Below, one piece after another: positions 51,528-58,423 of a stretch of 64,000 bases of DNA (the first letter of the stretch is position 1; each line of letters starts with the position of its first letter). The notes under the pieces are model-generated. The model was not told the DNA's origin, did no database searches, and was given only the letters and a program-made list of their open reading frames with translations. This DNA comes from a candidate division FCPU426 bacterium (lineage in GTDB: Bacteria; Oederibacteriota; Muellerivitia; Muellerivitales; Muellerivitaceae). The stretch is taken from positions 1-64,000 of the forward strand of contig CAWHOE010000065.1 of the NCBI GenBank assembly GCA_963830915.1. Reading direction: 5' to 3'. Both the position numbers and the translations under genes were made by a program.

Positions 51528-52688
51528 ATGAAATTTGTCATTCGAAATTCCAAATGGGCATTTCTTCTTTCCGTCTTTATCTCGTCATCCCTTTGGGCGG
51601 CGACCCCGCAGGAATATTATCAATCGGGAATAAAGTTTTATGGACAGGGACAATACGACCAGGCGGTCACCATGTTCCAGGAAGCCGTGAACGAAAATCC
51701 GCAATTTTGGCAGGCTTATCAAGCGCTGGGGCAGGCTTATTATCAGGAAGGTAAGAAAAATGAAGCGTTGAACGCGATGAATAAAAGTCTTTCGATCAAT
51801 CCAAACAACCCTCAATTGCGGGAATTCGTAGAGAAAAATAACACTATCATTTCAAATGGAGCCCAAACCTCTAGTCCAACGCTAGGTGTGAAAACAAAGT
51901 CCCCGAATGACTTTGATCCGGAAAAACGAAAAGATCATATCTTTTTTAAAATTTACGCGGGCCCAAATTATTCACTTTTGGGAGATGTGAGGGATTCAAT
52001 AGATAATTTAAACAAACAGTATTCGCAAGGAGGCGTTGTTCGGGAAGTCGCGATCGGAATAATGGGTGGTTATGAAGCTGGGTACATGCTGGATAAAGAG
52101 AGCGCTATCGGGGTGAATCTGGAAGGTTATTCCCAGAACGACATGGAATATCAAAACGCGATATATTCCGGAACGACAATGACGTATGAATTCGATCAAA
52201 GTTTTGAGGATTCCGGTTTTGGCATCGGCTTGAAATACTACCGTTTTTTCCCTGATCCATCCGGTCAATGGTATCTATCGGGCTGTTTAAGTTATTACAA
52301 CCTTAATGTTACTTTTCGCCAGGGCTTATTGAATACAAGCGCCGGTGTATCTCAGTTTATCGACGCTGGTGTCCCAGGGTTAAGCGGCGACGCGATCGGC
52401 GGGACATTGGGTTTTGGACGCGAGTTCATCTTGTTCGGAGCCGTCAGTTTCAGTATTTCCGCTGACCTGAAATACTTAAATTTCGATAAAGTTACCGGCC
52501 CGTATACCGCTAATGGCAATCCCTCTATTTACATACCCTCAACCCGAGGGCAAGGCTCTTTGGTGGTATTGCCGGGAAATGTCATCGGTTTAGTGGATAA
52601 CTCTGTTTACAAAACTTCCATGGGAAGATACGCGTCCTATGATCTGAGCGGAGCCGACTTGCGGTTGGATATCAATATTTGGCTATAA
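51528..52688 (+). CDS. Secreted TPR + outer-membrane beta-barrel-like protein (cassette 3)
   Basis: SD GGAGGT, signal peptide, two TPRs, amphipathic strands, ends LDINIWL. Confidence 0.75.
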   Translation: MKFVIRNSKWAFLLSVFISSSLWAATPQEYYQSGIKFYGQGQYDQAVTMFQEAVNENPQFWQAYQALGQAYYQEGKKNEALNAMNKSLSINPNNPQLREFVEKNNTIISNGAQTSSPTLGVKTKSPNDFDPEKRKDHIFFKIYAGPNYSLLGDVRDSIDNLNKQYSQGGVVREVAIGIMGGYEAGYMLDKESAIGVNLEGYSQNDMEYQNAIYSGTTMTYEFDQSFEDSGFGIGLKYYRFFPDPSGQWYLSGCLSYYNLNVTFRQGLLNTSAGVSQFIDAGVPGLSGDAIGGTLGFGREFILFGAVSFSISADLKYLNFDKVTGPYTANGNPSIYIPSTRGQGSLVVLPGNVIGLVDNSVYKTSMGRYASYDLSGADLRLDINIWL

Positions 52689-52692
52689 AACC

Positions 52693-52724
52693 TTGTCCAG
52701 GAAGGGGGGATCCATCTTGGACAA
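52693..52724. repeat. Palindromic inter-gene site D
   Basis: TTGTCCAGGAA GGGGGGATCC ATCTTGGACAA, 4 nt after the upstream stop codon. Confidence 0.8.
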
Positions 52725-52761
52725 AACATATCGATTAATTCGTTCAAAAATGAGGAAAGAA

Positions 52762-53460
52762 ATGGAAAAACGTTGGATGATATTTTTACTTTCTTTTTTG
52801 TTTATGCCAGTAATTTTGTTTGCCCAAAATGTACCAATGTTTTTTCCTGATAATGAACCAGTTTTTCATGATGGAAATGGTAAAAGTTTAGGCAAGGTGA
52901 TTTGGAAAATCGTATTAAAAGAAATGGGGTTAAGTGAAAACAAGTTTATTCAACAGGCCGGCACAAGCGAAAACCACGAAATTTCCATACCTTTACAAAT
53001 AATCGAGAAGAGCATTTTCCCTAAAGTGGGTGAGAAACTGTGGGTGTTTCATAAGTCGAAATTAAAGGGGGTACTCAAAGTAACGAAGGTGGTTTTGGGT
53101 TTAGATCCAAATGACTCCGTGTATTCTGTTTTTTGGACTGATGACCCAAATAGACTTGGTGTGTTCTCGCTTGCGGGCGACCCTTCTCACGGAATGTTGA
53201 TATCTGTTCCTGAAGGTACTTCGGTGGAAAATGAACCCAGTGAATATGTGGTTGATTCCACCCTTCGAAAAAGATTCTTAAAACAAATCCATGTTCAATA
53301 TCCAAAAGCTGTTATTGATCAAACATTCACGGCGATGGGCGGGAAATATATTACATTTGCCTATGATCAAGGTGAGGACAATACATATATTTATGTTTAT
53401 AAAATTGAAGGCGATGATTTCAAAGAAGTGTTTAAAAAATTCATTTGCTGCATCGATTAG
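52762..53460 (+). CDS. Hypothetical secreted protein (cassette 4), paralogue of cassette 5
   Basis: SD GAGGA, signal peptide; shares EKLWVF..SKL, VP..TS.EN.P.EY and DQ.F..MG.KY with the 53708 ORF. Confidence 0.7.
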   Translation: MEKRWMIFLLSFLFMPVILFAQNVPMFFPDNEPVFHDGNGKSLGKVIWKIVLKEMGLSENKFIQQAGTSENHEISIPLQIIEKSIFPKVGEKLWVFHKSKLKGVLKVTKVVLGLDPNDSVYSVFWTDDPNRLGVFSLAGDPSHGMLISVPEGTSVENEPSEYVVDSTLRKRFLKQIHVQYPKAVIDQTFTAMGGKYITFAYDQGEDNTYIYVYKIEGDDFKEVFKKFICCID

Positions 53461-53517
53461 GGCAGGCGTTTTCAAGGTCCATCAAAGAGTGATTATCTTT
53501 AGGAAAGGTTATGCAAA

Positions 53518-53665
53518 TTTTCCACATCGGCTGTGTCCTAAAGTAGAGCCCGTTGGGCACACTTTAGGACATGCCCTGTATTTCCTTTCTGAGAAGAGCT
53601 TGCCCTGAAGGGTGCTCGCAGAGCTCTCCTTCAGGGTCTACTATAGGGGGACCCATCGTGGACAA
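53518..53665. repeat. Site E interrupted by copy 2 of the ~119-bp double-hairpin element
   Basis: TTTTCCACATC (53518-53528), then the element, then GGGGACCC ATCGTGGACAA (53647-53665). Confidence 0.88.
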
Positions 53666-53707
53666 GTGAAAGTGCGATCGAAAGTGTCTTTTTCTATGGA
53701 GACAATA

Positions 53708-54406
53708 ATGAGATTCAAAACATCCCGTTTCATTTTAACGGTTGGAATTCTTTTGGTGTTTTGTGTTATTACAACGAAAGTTTCGGCGAAAGAGGATCTG
53801 GGGATATATATTTTTGGTTACGCCGACTGTGTGGATGAGGTGCAGTGGCGAAAAGCGTTGCATCAGTATGATAATTACCCCATGAAGAGGGATAAAGAAG
53901 GAGATCGTGAGAGGGTCATTCCGTCCGCTGTCGCAAAAGATTATTTCATGCCCGGCCCCGATGAAAAATTATGGGTTTTTTATGACTCTAAATTGATAGG
54001 GACTACGAAAGTCAAGGAATACGCATTGGGCGGAGGAGCCTATCAAAACGACCATGCTTTTTTTAAAACGCGTGAAAATTTCAATCTTCGTTCAAGTAAC
54101 GTCCCTCATTATGTCATCTATTTAACTGTGCCGCCTGAGACCTCCCCGGAAAACTTACCCCGTGAATACCATCTAGAACATGTTTCTAAAAAGTATGTTC
54201 AAGGTATCCTTGAAAAATCAGCGAAAAAAAGAAGGTTTCCTCAAGATGATTTCGCGACTAAATCGTTTGATCAATCATTCCAAGTGATGGGGAAGAAATA
54301 TGTCGTTTTATCCCTAGATACTGGAGTGAGTAAAATTTGCGCAGTATTTTGTGTCGATCAGGGGAATATTGTGGAAGTTAAGCGGATAGAAAGGGCTTAC
54401 GATTAA
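53708..54406 (+). CDS. Hypothetical secreted protein (cassette 5), paralogue of cassette 4
   Basis: SD GGAG, signal peptide ending VSA; shared motifs with the 52762 ORF. Confidence 0.7.
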   Translation: MRFKTSRFILTVGILLVFCVITTKVSAKEDLGIYIFGYADCVDEVQWRKALHQYDNYPMKRDKEGDRERVIPSAVAKDYFMPGPDEKLWVFYDSKLIGTTKVKEYALGGGAYQNDHAFFKTRENFNLRSSNVPHYVIYLTVPPETSPENLPREYHLEHVSKKYVQGILEKSAKKRRFPQDDFATKSFDQSFQVMGKKYVVLSLDTGVSKICAVFCVDQGNIVEVKRIERAYD

Positions 54407-54408
54407 AG

Positions 54409-54438
54409 CTGTCCGCGACGGCGAAGTGTAGTGGACAA
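54409..54438. repeat. Palindromic inter-gene site F (array end)
   Basis: CTGTCCGCGAC GGCGAAGT GTAGTGGACAA, 2 nt after the upstream stop codon. Confidence 0.8.
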
Positions 54439-54498
54439 TTGAAAAGCGATTTTTGACATTGTTCTACCCAATCTGAAATATTAGAAAGCCGAGTAAAT

Positions 54499-54528
54499 AA
54501 AAAAACCTGAACGGATTGTTCAGGTTTT
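54499..54528. terminator. Bidirectional intrinsic terminator
   Basis: AAAAAAA-CCTGAAC-GGATT-GTTCAGG-TTTT. Confidence 0.8.
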
Positions 54529-54551
54529 GTATTCATCCTTTGAGGTGTTAG

Positions 54552-54599
54552 TTAATGTCTCTTTTTGCCTTTGGCTGTCTTCTTTGCCTTCTTCGCCAT
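54552..54599 (-). CDS. 15-aa Lys-rich micro-ORF MAKKAKKTAKGKKRH
   Basis: AAGGAGG 6 nt before ATG on the minus strand; terminator just downstream of the stop. Confidence 0.6.
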   Translation of the reverse strand: MAKKAKKTAKGKKRH

Positions 54600-54856
54600 G
54601 GGAATCCTCCTTGCTTCGCAAACCTTTCCAAACTCTAACACATTAATGGGAACATTTAATGATTCACCACATGCCGACTCACATAAAAATATTTAACGTG
54701 GTCGGTATAGTACCGATTTCCATATTGTTAAAAATGGTAAATCGGCACAGAGGCACAGAGAGAGGCTTTGTTTGATGTCGACGAAAGCAAAAAGATGATT
54801 TTTAAAGGTACCCCCTATTCTATTAGGCTATAATGTTGCAATCAAAGGGGTATTCA

Positions 54857-55186
54857 ATGACAACGGCGGAAGCCCAGATAACAATCCAGGAAATGGTCAG
54901 GCGGATCGTGGAGCAATTCAATCCGCTCAAGATAATTCTTTTTGGCTCTTATGCCCGAGGCACCGCGGGTCCGAACAGCGATGTGGACCTAATGGTGATC
55001 ATGCCGGTCAAGGGATCAATCCAAGAGAAACGCCTGGAAATCCGTGTGGCCCTCAATGGAATGGGTTTAGCGAAAGATATTGCCGTTTACACCCCGGAAC
55101 AGGTGGCGGAGTACAAGGACATCGTGGGAACCATCATTTATCCCGCTTTTCGCGAGGGGAAAGTCCTATATGAACGCACCGCTTGA
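54857..55186 (+). CDS. Minimal nucleotidyltransferase (MNT) domain protein
   Basis: IILFGSYARG...SDVDL; IYPAFREGKVLYE; TATAAT at 54829 upstream. Confidence 0.9.
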   Translation: MTTAEAQITIQEMVRRIVEQFNPLKIILFGSYARGTAGPNSDVDLMVIMPVKGSIQEKRLEIRVALNGMGLAKDIAVYTPEQVAEYKDIVGTIIYPAFREGKVLYERTA

Positions 55187-55583
55187 ACCCTTAAAGCTGG
55201 TGAAACAGTGGTTGGAAAAAGCAGAAAGCGATTATCTGGTTTTCCAGCAGTTGCTTAAAATGGGCGATAGCTGTCCGTGTGATGCTGTTTCCTTCCATGC
55301 CCAACAATGCGCCGAGAAATATCTCAAGGCCCGTTTAGTTCATCTCTCAATCAATTTTCCAAAAACCCATGACATCGGTGAAATTGTAAAGCTCTTTCCG
55401 CCGGGATCGGGCATTCCGCTTTCCATCGCTGAGCAGGAAAAATTGACAGATTATGCCTGGATGGGACGTTATCCTGGAGACCAGGAAACAGTGACCAGAA
55501 TACAAGCCGAAGAGGCCGCGGCTTTAGCTCTGAAAATTAGAACGGCGATACGTTCAAGCTTTCCCAAGGATGTTTTGAAGTAA
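55170..55583 (+). CDS. HEPN domain protein (partner of MNT)
   Basis: WLEKAESD, FHAQQCAEKYLKA, KTHD, RYP; overlaps the MNT stop. Confidence 0.9.
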   Translation: MNAPLEPLKLVKQWLEKAESDYLVFQQLLKMGDSCPCDAVSFHAQQCAEKYLKARLVHLSINFPKTHDIGEIVKLFPPGSGIPLSIAEQEKLTDYAWMGRYPGDQETVTRIQAEEAAALALKIRTAIRSSFPKDVLK

Positions 55584-55630
55584 ACCTAGGCGTGAAAAAT
55601 AACTTTTCTTATTGGTTTTCTTGCGGGGAC

Positions 55631-56098
55631 TTACAGCCTTCGGCGGTTGCGGTTGCTCAAGGCCCGGTCGATGTCGCGGTTGGCCTCTTTTTCCTTCAGC
55701 TTATCCCTCTTGTCCGCGCTGTTCTTACCCTTGGCCAGGGCTAACTGCAGCTTCACCTTGCCCTGTTTGAAATAAAGCTTGAGGGGTATGAGGGTCAGGC
55801 CCTTCTCGTGGACCCGGCTCGCCAATCGGTTGATCTCGTTGCGGTTCAGGAGCAGTTTGCGGATACGGGTCGGCTCGGGATTGTACCGGTTCCCCTGGGC
55901 GTAAGGGGAAATATGCATGCCATAAACGAAGATCTCGTTCTTTTCCACCCTGGCGAAGCTGTCCTGCAGGTTGGCCTTGCCCAGGCGGATGGACTTCACC
56001 TCACAGCCGGCCAGCGCGATACCGGCTTCCAGGCTCTCGAAAATGAAATAATCGAAATGAGCCTTGCGGTTCTGGATGGAAGGAGCGCGTTCAGCCAT
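55631..56098 (-). CDS. smpB: SsrA-binding protein
   Basis: NRKAHFDY, EAGIALAGCEVKSIR, RKLLL, GLTLIPL, DKR. Confidence 0.97.
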   Translation of the reverse strand: MAERAPSIQNRKAHFDYFIFESLEAGIALAGCEVKSIRLGKANLQDSFARVEKNEIFVYGMHISPYAQGNRYNPEPTRIRKLLLNRNEINRLASRVHEKGLTLIPLKLYFKQGKVKLQLALAKGKNSADKRDKLKEKEANRDIDRALSNRNRRRL

Positions 56099-58130
56099 AG
56101 ATCCTCGTCAAGATTAGCCGTTGGAATACCCGGTCGACCGAATGGACGTTCACTTTCAGTATATCTCCGTATTGCACATGGGCTCCCCTTTTGCCCTTCA
56201 TCGAGAGTGACGGGGGATCGAACTGGTAAAGGTCGTCCGTCAGGTTTTCGATGGGGATGAAACCCTCGATACCGGTGGGGATCAGTTCCACATAAACACC
56301 GTAAGCGGTGATGTGGCGTACCAGACCGGAGAAATCCTCCCCGATCCTCTTTTCCATGAATCTCAACTGCATGACCTTCTGGCATTCACGCTCGGCCTTT
56401 TCCGCCGAACGTTCCTGGGTACTGCAATGGACGGCCAATTTGCCGTAGTTGGGATGGGCGCTATGGCCCGGGGCCTTCAGGGCTTTTTTAAGCGACCGAT
56501 GAACGACCAGGTCGGGATAACGGCGGATGGGGGAAGTGAAGTGGCAATAGGACTTCAAGGCCAGGCCGAAATGCCCGAGGTTCTCGGTGGAATAAACGGC
56601 CAGCTTCAGCGACCTCAGGGACAGGGTCGAGATGACCGGCTCCAGCTTGTGGCCCTGGACCGATTTCAACAGGGAACGAAGACCCAGGGGCGTGGTGAGG
56701 TCGAAGTTCTTGAACGGGATCTTATAGATCTGAAGGAACTTTACCAAATCATCCAGGTCGGAGTCGGAAGGAGGCTCGTGGATACGGTAGAGGCTGGGGA
56801 TCTTCAACCGACTCAGGTGGCTGGCGACGGCCTCGTTAGCCGCGACCATGAAATCCTCGATGAGTTTATGGGTCTCCAGCTTTTCCGTGACCTTGACTTC
56901 CTTGACCAATCCATCCATGCCGACAATGGCCTTGACCTCGGGGAAATCGAAATCAAGCGACCCATGGGCTTCCCTGTTTCGGCGGATGTGACGGGATAAT
57001 AGAAGCATCTCTTTGAGCATCGGCTCCAAATGGGCGTATTTCTGTTTTACTTCTTCGTTTGCGGTTCCATCCAGCACCTGCTGGACTTCCCCGTAAGTGC
57101 CGCGCCGGGAGCTTTGGATGACGCTCAAGGCGAAGTGGGTGCGGGCCAGATGCCCTTCCGAGCTGTATTCCAGGAAAGCGCTCACGGTAAGGCGGGGAAC
57201 CCCTTCCCGAAGGGAACAAAGCCCGTCCGAGAGGTTGTGGGGAAGCATGGGAAGGACCCGGTCGGCCAGGTAAAGGCTGGTCGCCCTGGCCTGGGCCTCT
57301 TTATCCAGGGGCATGTCGTCATGGACATAATGGGAAACGTCGGCGATATGGACGCCCAGGCGGTAACGGCCTGAGGGTGTCTTTTCCAACGATATGGCGT
57401 CGTCAAAATCCTTGGCGTCGGGCCCGTCGATGGTCAGGATGGGCAATTTCCGAAGGTCCAAGCGGCCTTCCCAATCCTTCTCGGACGGGTTCTCGGGGAA
57501 TCCTTCGGTCTGGGCCTCAACGATGGCGGGGAATCGTTCCGGCCAGTTGTGCTTGCGGATGATGGAGCGTATATCGACCCCCGGGTCATCGGGGTGGCCC
57601 AGGATCTCCTCAAGCTTTCCTTCCATACGGCCGTCCGGGCCTGGCCAACGGGTGATCAGGGCGACGATCTTCTGGCCTTCCGAGGGTTTAAGGTCGGAGG
57701 CCCCGAGTTGGACCATGGAACGTATGCGGTTATCATCGGGTTTCAGATAACCCTTCCCGCCTTCCTTGACGAACAACCCGACGATGGACGTGTGGGCCCT
57801 TTTGACGATGGAGATGAACTCCGCCGCGAAACGGTCCTCTTTCCGGGGGTCTTTGAACACCTTGGCCTTGATCTTGTCGCCGTTCAGGATGCCGTTCATC
57901 TCTTTCGGGGGTAAAAAGGCGTCGGTGGAGCCGTCCTCGGGGATGAAAAACCCGAAACCCTTCTCGTTCGCCTGGACCGTGCCGATCATCTCGACAGCCT
58001 CGGAGCGGTGATGTTGTTTCTTCTGGTGCGAATGGCCCTGTTGATGTTTATGGGCCTTCGGCGGTTTGTGTTTTTTGGCAGAAGCGGACCTTCCGTGAGG
58101 ATGGTGCGCCTTCTGATTTCTCTTTCGCAA
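56091..58130 (-). CDS. rnr: Ribonuclease R
   Basis: KGFGF cold-shock domain, TIDGPDAKDFDDAIS, VHIADVS, HFTSPIRRYPDL, C-terminal S1. Confidence 0.95.
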   Translation of the reverse strand: MRKRNQKAHHPHGRSASAKKHKPPKAHKHQQGHSHQKKQHHRSEAVEMIGTVQANEKGFGFFIPEDGSTDAFLPPKEMNGILNGDKIKAKVFKDPRKEDRFAAEFISIVKRAHTSIVGLFVKEGGKGYLKPDDNRIRSMVQLGASDLKPSEGQKIVALITRWPGPDGRMEGKLEEILGHPDDPGVDIRSIIRKHNWPERFPAIVEAQTEGFPENPSEKDWEGRLDLRKLPILTIDGPDAKDFDDAISLEKTPSGRYRLGVHIADVSHYVHDDMPLDKEAQARATSLYLADRVLPMLPHNLSDGLCSLREGVPRLTVSAFLEYSSEGHLARTHFALSVIQSSRRGTYGEVQQVLDGTANEEVKQKYAHLEPMLKEMLLLSRHIRRNREAHGSLDFDFPEVKAIVGMDGLVKEVKVTEKLETHKLIEDFMVAANEAVASHLSRLKIPSLYRIHEPPSDSDLDDLVKFLQIYKIPFKNFDLTTPLGLRSLLKSVQGHKLEPVISTLSLRSLKLAVYSTENLGHFGLALKSYCHFTSPIRRYPDLVVHRSLKKALKAPGHSAHPNYGKLAVHCSTQERSAEKAERECQKVMQLRFMEKRIGEDFSGLVRHITAYGVYVELIPTGIEGFIPIENLTDDLYQFDPPSLSMKGKRGAHVQYGDILKVNVHSVDRVFQRLILTRIYG

Positions 58131-58231
58131 TGATTCTTCCTTGTTTACTTGTTATTTCGGATCTTCGGGTAAGCGGGAGGGGAGGCCTTGTTCCCTTGGG
58201 ATGTGTCCATTTGCTCTCGAATTGCCGTTGC

Positions 58232-58260
58232 TTGACAGGCCTGTACACGTAATTTATACT
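58232..58260 (+). promoter_or_regulatory. Sigma70 promoter of tRNA-Leu
   Basis: TTGACA-17 nt-TATACT. Confidence 0.75.
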
Positions 58261-58311
58261 ACCGCACCTCGATAGACAAGTCCCCAGTCAGGTTTCCTTC
58301 GACGTTTTGAT

Positions 58312-58398
58312 GCGGAAGTGGCGAAATTGGCAGACGCACTAGATTCAGGTTCTAGCGGGGGCAACCTCATGGGGGTTCAACTCCCCCCTTCCGCACCA
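58312..58398 (+). tRNA. tRNA-Leu (anticodon CAG)
   Basis: Acceptor GCGGAAG/CTTCCGC, anticodon arm CTAGA-TTCAGGT-TCTAG, long variable arm, encoded CCA. Confidence 0.96.
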
Positions 58399-58423
58399 TC
58401 AAATCCTCTCAGGTAAATCATTC

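Noticed and set aside
49341..54438. CRISPR array or classical integron attC array
   Set aside because: Repeats are separated by whole genes (0.65-1.3 kb); no cas or intI genes; sites are short and lack RYYYAAC/GTTRRRY boundaries
54440..55630. tmRNA (ssrA) near smpB
   Set aside because: No GGGG..TCGA 5' end or TCCACCA 3' end seen
35511..55631. tRNA-Lys-integrated genomic island
   Set aside because: No integrase and no duplicated tRNA 3' end found by eye
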